Shown: positions 52,116-64,000 of the stretch, one piece after another | How the letters are laid out: every line of letters starts with the position of its first letter | How positions within the stretch are numbered: position 1 is the stretch's first letter | NCBI RefSeq assembly: GCF_006345805.1 | Contig: NC_042997.1 | Location: 110,608,001 to 110,672,000, forward strand | Reading direction: 5' to 3' | Length of the DNA stretch: 64,000 nt | DNA from: Octopus sinensis | Taxonomy: Eukaryota | Made by a program: the position numbers and the translations under genes | Notes under the pieces: generated by a model | What the model was told of the DNA's origin: nothing | Databases searched by the model: none | The model's input: only the letters and a program-made list of their open reading frames with translations

Positions 52116-53821
52116 AAGCTTTTACATATAGCAGCGGGTAACTTTTACACATTCACACTATAATAGGTTATTGTATACAGCAACTCTTTCACAGATTGGT
52201 AAATAGTTGTACACAGCAATCTTCACGCAGTGAGATCAATTGAGCAGACGGGATTGCAGGCCGATACGATAGATGGTAGTCAACCTAATTGATCTGGTAT
52301 CCATTCTTAACGGCTAATAAATGGGTTTACACACGCACACACGCACAAAAGCACATCGAAAATTCCAGTAAATATTTAATCTCAAGATCTGTGAATATAG
52401 TGTCTTTACTCCGTAATTTCGTCTGTTACTGTCTTTAATAATGGTGTTAATAGCGTAACTGGGAAGGGGGTTCCACTCCAGAAGACGCTTTTATGGAGGC
52501 GGCACTGATGCTGGAGATGGCAGGGAGGCACACTAAAGAGCTGCTTCCAAGCGGCACTCACGCAAGTTCTGTCACTGTTGTTTATGTTGCGGATCAACCT
52601 TAATCAAACAACTAGAATCAGGGACATTCTTTCCAGGGCTTATCTCAAGACCAGTTTATCTAATGTATCTCTAATTTTGTTTCTAACATATGGGATTTTA
52701 TGGAGATCAAACCAAGGCCAGGATTAACATCAAGAAAATGGAGACGTCACTTCTTTTTTTTCTTTTCAGTGTCGTATTTTTTTTTTTTTTAATAAGGAGC
52801 AAGTAGTAAATCGGAAAAGTTATTTTTAAAACAATGAGTAAGGAAATTGTTGTAAATATTACATTGTTTTCTTGTCGCCCTTCTTATAAATTACTCACTT
52901 ATATTATGGCTGTTTACTGTTGAGTAAATAATATCTTAAATTGACTGTATGGCGGTGAGCTGACAAAATGCTTAGTGACATTGCCAAGTTCAAATTCCGC
53001 CGTGGTCGACTTTGCCTTTCATATTTTTGGGTCGATCAAAAAAAAGTACCAGTTAAGCAATGAGGTCGATGTAATCGACTTACTCCCTCCCGAAAATTGT
53101 TGGCCTTGAACCAGAATGTGAAAGCAATATTGTAACAAATGCTAATAGATGTGCACCACGAATTAAGACTGCAACGCAGTTTCGATTCTAGCATCGCACA
53201 ACTTCTCTTAATTTATATCTTTAACGTCCTTTGGGAGACAGATGAAGGCCTAACATCCTCTTTTACCACCGAACATATAAAGTTATGTGCCTAGTAACAG
53301 CAAAAACCATTACGTAAGTAATATGTATTGATGAACTCAGACGGAATATTTTGAAAACAAGACAAACATATGGGAAAATGTAATGTTGTGATATTCATGA
53401 CTTTTCCCAACAATATTGGCATATTGGCATCGTAAACGAAACGTGCTGGTGGCACTTCTCGACGGTGAAAGAATCGGTGGCAAGGTGGTTATCGAAGCAT
53501 TTTTCAATCGAACCAAAACTGGATTGGGATGATGGAATGGGGGAAGCGGGGGAATGTTGTGGATTAGGGTTATAGGAGGAGGTTGTTGTGGATTAGGGTA
53601 ATAGGAGGAGGATGTATTAGAGGACGAAGAAGATAAAGAGGAAAGGACTGACAGCTGGGCGTGTTATTTAGACGGACGGATGGATGAAGGAATGGAGGGA
53701 TGGAGGGATGAAGGAATGGAGGGATGGAGGGATGAAGGGATGAAGGGATAGAGAAAGACAGGCAAGCATTCAGTCAGACACATAGATGCACTGGGACAGA
53801 CAGACAGACAGACAGACAGAC

Positions 53822-53880
<59 letters not shown>

Positions 53881-54369
53881 TTCACTGCCTCTATCAGACT
53901 GTCAGTGAGAAAGAGAAAGAGACAGAGAAAGAAAGAAAGGGAGAGAGAGAGAGAGAGAGCAAGAAAGAAATAAAGAAAGAAAGAAAAGAGTGAACGAGAT
54001 GGCTAGGATCGCCTGATAGAATGACAACAAAACAGTTTAGTGATAAAGGAGAGAGAGTGGGGAGTTGTATTGGAAGATAAATACGGTAAAAAACAGGAAT
54101 AGGCGAAGAAAGAGAGAGCGTGTGGTTCAGGTAGACGAATGTAAACAAAACGGAACAGACATCAACAGAGAGAAAGAAAGAGATGAATGAAAGGAAAAGG
54201 GAGGAGAGAAAGAAGTGAATGGGTGTAGAGAAAAGGAGAGAGAAAGCAATGAAGATGAATTAAAGGAAAAAGTAAGAGAGAGAAAAAAAGAATGAAAGAT
54301 GAATGAAGTGAAAGAGATGAGAGGAAGGAGGAGGAGATATGAATAAAACGAGGAAGAGAAGATTTTATC

Positions 54370-54440
54370 GAGCAGATTGGTCGAGTTCTTGGGTCGGTCG
54401 TCAACAGCTGTATTGGTACGGCAAGGCTATTTGCGTAACA
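54370..54440 (+). promoter_or_regulatory. Candidate proximal promoter of the VAT1-like gene
   Basis: Two reverse CCAAT boxes (ATTGG at 54376 and 54412) and a bZIP-like TTGCGTAA in a CpG-retaining patch 200-260 bp upstream of the ATG, after a long purine-rich tract. Confidence 0.35.
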
Positions 54441-54630
54441 AAGCAAGCTTTTTAGTGCTGCTTCATATACTTAAATCCACAACAATTCACAAGAAAATAC
54501 ACATATTGCTTATACGCAGAGATTTAAACATAAATATATACATTTTGTTTCCCCCTCGCATATTTTGTATTGAAGTCTGAATAAGTCTAAAATATATTTT
54601 GTTTAAACTACTGGAAACTGTTAAGTAACC

Positions 54631-54842
54631 ATGCCTGGAGATTCTTCTGACGATACTACTACCTCTGCTCAAAGCAAAGAAGCGACAAGTACAGAAGATC
54701 CGGCCAAAACTGAAACACCGGCTCCCAAAGAAATGAAAGCAGTGGTTTTAACAGGTTTTGGGGGTCTGAAAATGGTCAAAATCCAAACGAAACCGCAACC
54801 AACAGCCGGAGAAGGACAAGTTCTCATTCGGGTTAAAGCTTG
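54631..54842 (+). CDS. VAT1L: First coding exon of synaptic vesicle membrane protein VAT-1 homolog-like (MDR/quinone oxidoreductase family)
   Basis: ACCATG start; acidic low-complexity N-terminus, then EMKAVVLTGFGGLKMVKI..P.P..GEGQVLIRVKA. Phase-2 donor TG|GTAAGA at 54843 would split the Cys codon of the conserved RVKACG motif. I did not find exon 2 in the window. Confidence 0.88.
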
Positions 54843-56801
54843 GTAAGAGTCACTTTATTCTTGTAGTGTTCTCAACAAACATTTCTCTTATTGTTACTAA
54901 AATATATATTTATTTAAGAAAACTAAAAGAAATTCTAAATAAGTTATTCCATTTTGCAGCCCTTTCATCCTACATAAATGAAATTGTATTATTTTTTTTT
55001 TTTTAAATTCAATCTCACATGAATGAAAAAAAATGACAGAACACTTTTGTTAAAGTGAAGATTTTGTCGTGGTAAACTTAGCCACATGTCGTTATCACTA
55101 GAACGTTTACCGTTTGTTTGTAAACAGGACGGTGACCTTCAACAGGTGCGAAATTTCTTTATGGACCTCTACCCTGTTTAAATTGACAAGACACTATAAG
55201 ATAATAAGTGAAAATGGTTTTATCTTCAGCACTCAAAATGAATTCAGTAAATATTTTCACTGAAATAAAGTCCATTCTGTGAGGTACTCGTACCATATGT
55301 CGCTTCTCTTAGAATACAAATTGGTTGCGCACGCCACTACCGCCACTTTCATTCCTCTTGCAAGTAAATAAATTCTAAGATATACACTTATTTTTAAGGA
55401 GTCGACGAATAATATCTCGAAGTTATTTTATTTTTCTGATTGTTTGTTTCAGAGTAACCTTTACCTTAGCAAAATATATTTATTTATTTACCTAGAAAGG
55501 TTTCTTACGTGAAACCTATTTTAAAATGTTAGTCTTTCATATTTCGAATTCATTAACTTGTTGAGGAGATCGCAGTCTTTTTCCATATCAAAAATGTTTT
55601 TATTGTGCTTCTTTAGCGAACCTTATTCATGTATCCCCACCCTTATCTTACCGGAAAAAGTTTTAGAAAACCCAGATCTCTCTTTTTAAAAAAAAAACTT
55701 TCAACAGAATATTTTGCTATTCATCCATCTCTCCTCCACCATCGTCTCTCTTTTCTGGAATCTCCACGGATCTTTTATTTAATGAAAACCTATATAAACA
55801 AGCAGTAACGAGAAAGAAAGAATTTATTCTCTATTTCTTATTACTCAAGTTCTTGTTATTTTATACAATAGAACAACAGCACAATGAGGTGCCAATTCTT
55901 CAACGATGGCAATGTGTATCGTTAGGTTTTAAAGCGGGGGCGTGCATCAGGTTTCGAAGAGTGTTGCAGTCACCGAAGCATTTGATCACATTGGTTGTTT
56001 ATAAACTGAATAATTTATTGTCAATCAGGAATCAATAAAGCATAAGAAAAAAAAACTTTCATACAATAAAGTTTTTATCATTTTCTCTCCTATTTTGCTA
56101 AATCATATTTTGTTCTATTTTTTCCTTTCGTTGTTTTTTTTTTTTTAAAATCACGTTTAAATTAATTTGTTTAAACTTTTCTTGTCCAGTTTATCTGAAG
56201 ACCTCGTTGTTTTCCCCTCAAAGTCTGTTGTGTATCTTTCCGAAAAGAAAACCGTTTCAACGGAACAATTTATGAAGCTATCATGAAAAGTTTATTAAAA
56301 TTCACTAACTCTTTTGCCTACATAATTCAGGGGATCGTTCACCCCCAGAGATGTTGATAATAGTAATGATGATTTCTTTTATAATAATAATAATAATAGA
56401 TTTAGATGTAAGATAGAACACGGCTGTTGAGTTGAAAATATCTAATTTGATTCGAGAACATGAGCACGTATTCGTGTGAATATAATACTTTCTCTTTAGA
56501 AACACAAATAGTCCAATTTACATAGTGGGATATCGCAATTGGACGGTTATTTTCTACAATATTATAGTATTTACTTTCTTCAAGATGAGAATCTTCTAAA
56601 ACCGTTCGAAGACGGTTTACCGAGGAAGGAGCCCAATTATTTGGTTGTTGCCACTTTCAGATTTGGTCTTGAGATCCATATGTTCAATAGATTGTCAGCC
56701 AGATAAGGAAATCGTTATTTCTATATTCTTCAAACAGCTGTTAGCTAGGAACCGCATCACTTAAGATAGCAATTTAATGATCTGGTGTGCGGGCGGGCGT
56801 G

Positions 56802-56832
<31 letters not shown>

Positions 56833-58151
56833 TGCTATTGCTGCTTAGATACGAATTGCGTGTAAAAGCTCGTTCACAGATTTAATTTCCATCATATAAA
56901 GATCACAGATGAAATCCAAAGTCCACAAATGGGTTGTTAATCTTTGTATTTTTTTTTCGCTAGTTTTTCGTTAGTTACGTAGATAAACACACAGCTTCTA
57001 TTATAACAGAATATTTTCTCGTGTTTCCTGCAGTTTTTGCTAACAACAAATTGATTGAATTCCAAACACCTTCAATGACCTTGAGGAGTTAACACCATTG
57101 ATCTACGAGATGGGACAGTATTTAATTTATATTCCCAGCTAATGAACAGGACAAATTAATCAGTTTAACAGACAAAGGAGGGGATCTGTGGTGTTAATTA
57201 ATTTTTTGATATTTTGGTTATTTCTTTAGTTTCTTTCTTCGAACAATATGGTTGAAGAATGTAAGACCGGTTGACCAAATTTCCTAGAAATCGGTTTATA
57301 GAATGGAATCCATTGCATGGAATTATATTCCAAGTTTGGGAGATTATTCTCCAATGTAGATTTTCATAGATTTGGTATTTATTGTCAGAACAAGGATTTT
57401 GTCCAGTTGGACATAGTTAATATTGAACATATGGTAAGTGAGATATATCTGGTACCACCAATGTCTGTGAGGTGAGCAAATCAATGTCCAAGACATCCTG
57501 GAAATTCTTTTGGAGCGAGTTTAACTGATGACACATGCATCTTATTTTTGGTTTAATGATGTGTAAGGCTACTTGTATATTGGTGTGAGTATTGTTAAGT
57601 GAAACTAAAGCAGTGGTTCCTAGCTGCGGCCCTCAGTGATCTTTCTTCTATAAATGAGTGTTACTGTCATACAAACAGCATCATCCATTTCTCCAATATT
57701 CTATGAGAACATATCTGAACATGGAGAAATATTACTTTGCTTGGAAATGGGCGACAGTTTGGTGCCTGGCCATAGAAAACCTACTTCAAAAAAATTTCAT
57801 CCGACTTGTTCAAATATAGAAAAGTGGATGTTAAAATTGTGTGTGTGTGTGTGCACCCTTGGTTTCATGTAATGATTGTAAATGAGCATCCCCATCATAC
57901 AAGCAAGGTTGTATGACGAAATATTAACCTTGTTCAGAACCAAGTGAAGGTTAGTGATTAAAAGGTCATTCTCCAGCCATGGTAGATCTGCTTCAATGAA
58001 TTCCATCTGACTCATGGAAAAGTGGGTATTAAATGATGCCCTAACTAGTGACTTCATCTCGAAAAGGGAACATTAAAAAGTGTAATAAGGATCACCATTA
58101 TGAACCTTTAGGCTTGCTCAATACTTTCCAATCATTATTTTCACTAATATA

Positions 58152-58332
58152 CAGGGCTGGCCAAAAGTCACCTGACAGTAAATCAAAACCATTTAATTCC
58201 ACGATTTATTTATATTTAACAACTGAATGAATTTAATAAAAGCATCTAAATATGAAACCTCATGAAAATTGTTCAAACAGATAGTATTTATGGAATTTTG
58301 TTTTACTGTCGGGTGACTTTTGGCCAACCCTG
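58152..58332. mobile_element. Short Tc1/mariner-type MITE in the presumed VAT1 intron
   Basis: TIRs CAGGGCTGGCCAAAAGTCACCTGACAGTAAA / TTTACTGTCGGGTGACTTTTGGCCAACCCTG; TA on the left flank, TG on the right. Confidence 0.8.
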
Positions 58333-59324
58333 TGTATAAGTCAAGGTGACAATATTACAATCTCAGAATCATTGTGTGTGAATGTCTTGATACTTTCCTC
58401 ACTCGTCATTGTCTCACTCTCCTTACTCCACCGGCACATATGCATTATTGGTTAACCTTTCTTCCCCAACATTGCAGCTCACTGGAACATTATCTGTCTT
58501 TCAGCCCCTATTTTCTCCCCATTGTCACCAGCCTACCGTTACTCGTCAGTGGTGTCATTGCTGCCACCCTGAAATAAAACCTGCAAAGATCTTGGCTGCC
58601 TCTCCTCTTCTAACCAAATGATTTTCAAATTTTGGCACAAGGCCACCAATTTTGAGGGGAAGTGGTTAGGCAATGAGATCAACCCCAAGTACTTGAGTGG
58701 TACTTTATCAACCTGATGGAAGTTGAACTCAGAATGTAGAGAGCCAGAAGAAATACCATTGAGCCTTTTGTTCAGTGTGCTAGGGATTCTGTCAGTGCCC
58801 GACTTTCCCTTCTGACCAAATAACAGAATCATCATCATTCAAAGTCCATTTTCCATGCTGGCATGGATTGGACAGCTTGACAGGAACTGGTAAGACTGGG
58901 AGCTGCATCAGGCTCCAATTGTCTGTTTTGGCATGGTTTCTACAACTGGAGGCCCTTTCTAATGCCAACCACTTTACTGTGTGGACTGGATGCTTTATAC
59001 ATGGCATTAGCACCAGAGATGAAATGAAAACAAGAAATCCATTTATTCAGTGTTTGAACTTGACTTTCAGAGGTCCCCCTCCCCACCACCAAAGAGGACA
59101 ATTAGTATTAATCACTTCTTTTGCATTGGGGCTACCTTTTGATGTTACCAATTATCTTTCAATGAGGGTTTAATGGTTTATAAAAAACCCCACTTGATCA
59201 ATCTCCTCACCATTATATTAAATGGTTGCAGTTGCTTTGAATGAGTTTTATAAGTGCATTAGTCTAAAATGTTTCCCTTTTCCATTTTTTTGTAAGGGAG
59301 TCATTCTACAACAAGAAATCTGTT

Positions 59325-59583
59325 CAGTTCTATATTTAAGAGATGAGAAATTATGTATGTTATTTACATTACTTACATTTGACGGATATTTGTCCTCATC
59401 TTGTTTGCTGTTAACACAACATTTCGGCTGATATACCCTCCAGCCTTCGTCAGGTGTCTTAGGAATGATAACCCAGGTTCGACATTTCCTCAAGACACCT
59501 GATGAAGGCTGGAGGGTATATCAGCCGAAACATTGTGTAACAACAAACAAGATGAGGACAAATATCTGTCAAATGTAAATGTA
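59325..59583. mobile_element. Palindromic hammerhead-bearing Penelope-type non-autonomous element
   Basis: About 100-bp inverted arms; hammerhead cores at 59413-59458 (-) and 59494-59538 (+); TSD AAGAAATCTGTT (59313-59324) / AAGAAATCTATT (59584-59595). Confidence 0.85.
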
Positions 59584-60871
59584 AAGAAATCTATTTCCCT
59601 TTTTTTTTTCTTCATAGTTTGACTCCTCCACATCAACCATAAAGCTACTTTCTTCTCCACTCTGTTATCGCACAGTAGAGGTGTTATATTTAGCCTTGAG
59701 TGTTACATGGCAACCTCACTGGTGCTGGTGCTACATTAAAAGCACTTGGTACACCCTGAAGTGATTGGTGGCAGGAATATTGTCCAGCCATAGAAAGCAA
59801 AACTGGTATTGGACTATGATGCAGTCCTCTTTCAGAATTTGTCAATCTGTCCAACCCACACCAATGAGAAGATGGATATTAAATAAGTCAAAGTGGGGAG
59901 CAGCAGTGTTCATGGTGTCTTAATAGTTCTTTTGCAGATAGGTGAGATTGATGGTGCTAATATCCATCTTGGACAGAAAAATAATCAGATGTCTGGTCCA
60001 CACTAGACCCTTTGGTGATATTAGACCAGGCAGTGATATGTCTGTCATCCCAAAATATTCAGTTTTAGAGTTGGTCTTGCGTCCACACTGCATTAAAAAC
60101 ATATTGATATCAGATTTTAGCACAAGGCCTGCAATTTTGAGAGGGGTGGGTGAGTCAATTACATCAGCCTCCGGGGTTCAGCTGGTACTTAATTCATTGA
60201 CCCTGAAAGGATGAAAAGCAGAGTTGTCCTCGGTGGAATTTGAACTTGGGAAGTAAGGGCAGATGAAATGCTGCTAAGCATTGTGCCTGGCATGCTAACC
60301 ATTCTCCCAGCTTGCCGCCTTGCATTGCAAATGTATATTAAAAGCAAAATTCCAAAACTGAAAGAGAATTGAGTTCCAGCTTTACCAAAGTTGTGGTCAA
60401 ATTGATTTTCTCTCTTCAGTAATTCTGGGATGAGGCACATTTCTCTTTGGGGGTCTTGAGCATCCTTCACTTGGTAACGTTAAGAATAAATTGCAAGGGC
60501 ATGGAAACAAATGTAAAATGGTGTGGACACACGTAAAGTTTACATTCTCCTTGCAGACTCTGGCAGGCTCTCTTATTTCTTCTGACCCACAACAATGGAT
60601 CAAAATGATCCTACAGAAACTGAATGAAAATATTCAGGTACTATTATAGTAAGGTGTCAAGTTGGCAGAATTGTTACTGTGCTTTGCCCTTCATCCCTTT
60701 TAGGGTCAATAAAATAAGGTACCTTTATTGACAACCACCACTCTCTTATCAATCAGTCTTGCCTCTCTGTGTTGTTGCCAACCTCTCTCTCTCTCTCTCT
60801 CACTCACCCATCACAATGCCTGAGTAAAACGGGTTCCCATCTCATCTGATGAAACTTCATATACCTGCCCA

Positions 60872-61039
60872 TTCTCTCACTCTTCTTCATTCTCACTCTT
60901 TCTCCTTCTCTCTCACTCTTTCTCCTTCTCTCTCACTCTTTCTCCTTCTCTCTCACTCTTGCTCCCTCTCTCTCACTCTTCCTCCTTCTCTCTCACTCTT
61001 CCTCCTCTCTCTTCCTTGCTCTTCCTCTCTCTCTCTCTC

Positions 61040-61077
<38 letters not shown>

Positions 61078-61157
61078 TTGCTCTTCCTCCCTCCTCTCTC
61101 TCCCTCGCTCTCTCATTCTTTATCACTGTCACTCTCCTCTCCCCCACCTCTCTCTCA
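60872..61157. repeat. Polypyrimidine (CT-rich) tract including about five 20-bp units CTCTCTCACTCTTTCTCCTT
   Basis: Seen directly. Confidence 0.85.
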
Positions 61158-62100
61158 CAATCATATTGCTGCCATTAATTTATTGACCCTGAAAGGATGA
61201 AAGGCAAAGTCGACCTCAGTGGAATTTGAACTCAGAACGTAAAGACAGACAAAATACCACTAATCATTTTTCCCGGTGTGCTAACATTTCTGCCAGCCTG
61301 CTGCTTTAGAAACTACAAGACAATGCATGATTAATTCAAAACAATTGGAATAAATAAGAATTACATTTGACAAAAAAAAACTGAAAGTAAAACGGTTAAA
61401 TAAGTGAAAAAGCTATAATTGTTAGTCTTTTTGTACAATAAATTTACAAACTCCACAAAATATTCACTTTCCTTTGCATCTGGCATGAGCATAAATTCAT
61501 TTTGAGATTCCTGCATTGTTGTTGTCAAATGAATGTACAAATGGAGTGAAACTGATGCATTTTTTCCATCCAGAGGTAGTTGAAGCACCTTGTTGTTGTG
61601 TTGTGCTATCTAGAATATCCTCCTTATCTTCTGCCTCACCTGATGACAAAGAAAATTCAGGAAAAAGCTTCAATTTTGTATAAATCTTCCATCTGCAACT
61701 TGCACCAACTGATCGTGGTTGTTTGCCAGCCTCCTCTGGCACGTAAAAAACACCCACTACACTCTCGGAGTGGTTGGCGTTAGGAAGGGAATCCAGCTGT
61801 AGAAACACTGCCAAATCAGACTAGAGCTTGGTGCAGCCTCCATGGCTTACTAGACCCCAGTCGAACCGTCCAACCCATGCCAGCATGGAAAACGGATGTT
61901 AAATGATGATGATGATTTCTGCCATTGATAAGGACTGCTTCCACTTAAAACACATTTCACAAAGTAGCTGCTGGAGCATCAAATGACAATGGCTGTGTCC
62001 TTGGAAAATTTTTGAAACCTTAATTCATGATGTCTGCTGTTCTCTAACGAAACATCAGTTCATGATGTCCACCATTTAAGAGTTAAACACTTGAAAATGA

Positions 62101-62453
62101 CATTATTTACATTTGATGGATATTTCTCCTCATCTTGTTTGTTGTTAACACAACGTTTCGGCTGAGATACCCTCCAGCCACAGACATATGGCATTGTGGT
62201 TAAGAGCGTGGGCTACTAATCCCAAGATTCCGAGTTTGATTCCAGGCAGTAACCTGAATAATAATAATAATAATAATAACATTGAAAAATACCTTAGGAA
62301 TGAGAACCCAGGTTTGAAATTTCCCCAAGACACCTGATGAAGGCTGGAGGGTATATCAGCCGAAACATTGTGTTAACAACAAACAAGATGAGGACAAATA
62401 TCTGTCAAATATAAATAATGTACATAATTCCTCATTTCTTAAATGTAGAACTG
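62101..62453 (+). mobile_element. tRNA-headed, hammerhead-containing short retroelement with inverted partial 3' copy
   Basis: Inverted piece 62101-62179; A box 62189-62199; B box 62232-62243; (AAT)n 62257-62279; hammerhead 62329-62374; TSD ACTTGAAAATGACATT (62089-62104) / ACTTGAGAATGACATT (62455-62470). Confidence 0.8.
62329..62374 (+). ncRNA. Minimal type I hammerhead ribozyme
   Basis: GACAC-CTGATGA-A-GGCTG-GAGGGTATAT-CAGCC-GAAA-CATT-GTGTT. The palindromic AACGTT, probably ancestral, is retained in the inverted arm and in the 43.3 kb copy. Confidence 0.75.
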
Positions 62454-64000
62454 AACTTGAGAATGACATTTTTATCTTTTACTTGTTTGTCGTATGACTG
62501 TGGTCATGCTGAGACACAAACTTGAAGTATTTTGCCAACTGGTCTCACTTGCTAACAACCATCCCACTCACAAATATCCAATGTGATATCATGCCTACAC
62601 CTCAAAGACATAATGGCATTCTGGGGAGTCAATATAACATTGGAACTTGTAATAAATTCTTCTGCCACAAACAATGGAGATGCTGCACTGAACTGTCTTG
62701 GGCAGTCTGTAGGCCATCTGAAAACCATTTTGGGCAGTATGGCACTCTGTTGCTTAAAGCCTTCAGAAATTGGAATAAGCTTTGAGTTAATGGGCCTGCA
62801 GGGTAGAGACAAGAAGTAGAGAAAGATGATGGTATTAGTAACGCTAGCTCAAGTCCACCTTCTCTAATAATAAATGTCAAAACAAATTTCTGTGTGTCAG
62901 TGTGTCACACTTTGACTCCGGTAGTGGTGGTGGTAGCTGAGGCGATCAAGCATGACTGTGATAGTAAGGGATAGTGGTGAGGGTGGTGGAGGAGAAGGCA
63001 GCAAAGTCAAAGGTGTTGATGGTGATGGCATCCACAGTCTGAATGGTGTGTGTATGGCAGTTGTGGTTGTGATGGTGATGGTTGAGAACAATCAACAGAA
63101 AGAGAGAGAGAAAGAAAGACGTTAGACAGAAAAAAAAATTGTACTGACCTCCCCCCTCATCCCCAAATGTAAAGGCAAAAAAATGTTGTTTATCATGAAG
63201 CTTTGCAATAAGTTCCAAGTCAACAAATTATATCCTTGTTTTGATGAAAATTGTTCTGTGTGGTAAGAAGCTTGCTTCCCAACCATATGGTTCCAGGTTC
63301 AGTCTCACTGTGTGGCACCTTGGGCAACTGTCTTCTACTATAGCCCCTGGCTGACCAAAGCCTTCTGAGTGGATTTGGTAGACGGGAACTGAAAGAAGCC
63401 CGTCGTCGTTGCCAGTGCTGCTGGACTGACTCCTGTGCAGGTGGCACGTAAAAAACACCATTTTCGAGCATGGCCGTTGCCAGTACCGGCTGACTGGCCC
63501 TCGTGCTGGTGGCACGTAAAAACACCCACTACACTCTCGAGTGGTTGGCATTAGGAAGGGCATCCAGCTGTAGAAACTCTGCCAGATCAGATTGGAACCT
63601 GGTGCAGCCATCTGGTTCGCCAGACCTCAGTCAAATCGTCCAACCCATGCTAGCATGGAAAGCGGACGTTAAACAATGATGATGATGATGCTAATATATA
63701 TATATATATGTGTGTTTGTCCCCACAACATCACTTGTCAACTGATGCTGGTGTATTTGCGTCCCTGTAACTTATTGGTTTCAGCAAAAGTGACAGATAGA
63801 ATAAGTACTAGGCTTACAAAGAATGAGTCCTGGCGTCAATTTGCTCGACTAAATGCAGTGCTCCAGCATGGCCATAGTCAGATGACTGAAACAAATAAAA
63901 GAATGTACTCAATGCACGAAGTGTCATTAATGGGCTCAGGGCCCAACAGAGACCCCTCCACAGGAACCAGCTTAAGCGGTTAGACTATAACGGACACTCA

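Noticed and set aside
54843-54846. ORF-track ending of VAT1 as ..VKAW-stop
   Set aside because: Read-through into the intron; the GTAAGA donor at 54843 explains it
57240-57600. Possible second GIY-YIG remnant (KIYIGE on the minus strand)
   Set aside because: Single short motif; surrounding frames are not interpretable
61640-61665. CTGATGA..GAAA hammerhead-like match
   Set aside because: Only 4 nt between the boxes and no stem II
62185-62255. Functional tRNA gene
   Set aside because: No convincing acceptor stem, decayed B box, and embedded in a repeat with a TSD; treated as a SINE-type head

Overview
Repeat-dense, AT-rich eukaryotic genomic DNA. The SINE families and very high microsatellite density suggest an octopus or other coleoid cephalopod (inference). 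Only one host coding exon is supportable: the first coding exon of a VAT-1/VAT1L-like medium-chain dehydrogenase/reductase at 54631-54842 (+), followed by an intron that appears to run past the window end. The rest is transposon-derived. It includes a nearly full-length decayed R4/Dong RLE retrotransposon plus a second truncated one in (TAA)n, and fragments of RTE, L1/Tx1, other RLE LINEs, a Penelope-like GIY-YIG endonuclease and a mariner transposase. There are also several MITEs (one foldback element with telomere-like repeats nested in a hAT-like element), at least four SINE families, and a 1.8-kb 29-bp minisatellite that apparently arose inside a SINE. The most interesting signal is a small non-coding retroelement family (copies at about 43.3, 59.3 and 62.1 kb). 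Its most complete copy joins a tRNA-like Pol III head to a minimal type I hammerhead ribozyme. All three copies carry the inverted partial 3' copy typical of Penelope-like insertion, and two show target-site duplications. Further minimal hammerhead motifs lie at about 1.8, 14.4, 30.6 and 40.8 kb. Nearly all ORFs in the track outside the LINEs and VAT1 are microsatellite or SINE artefacts.
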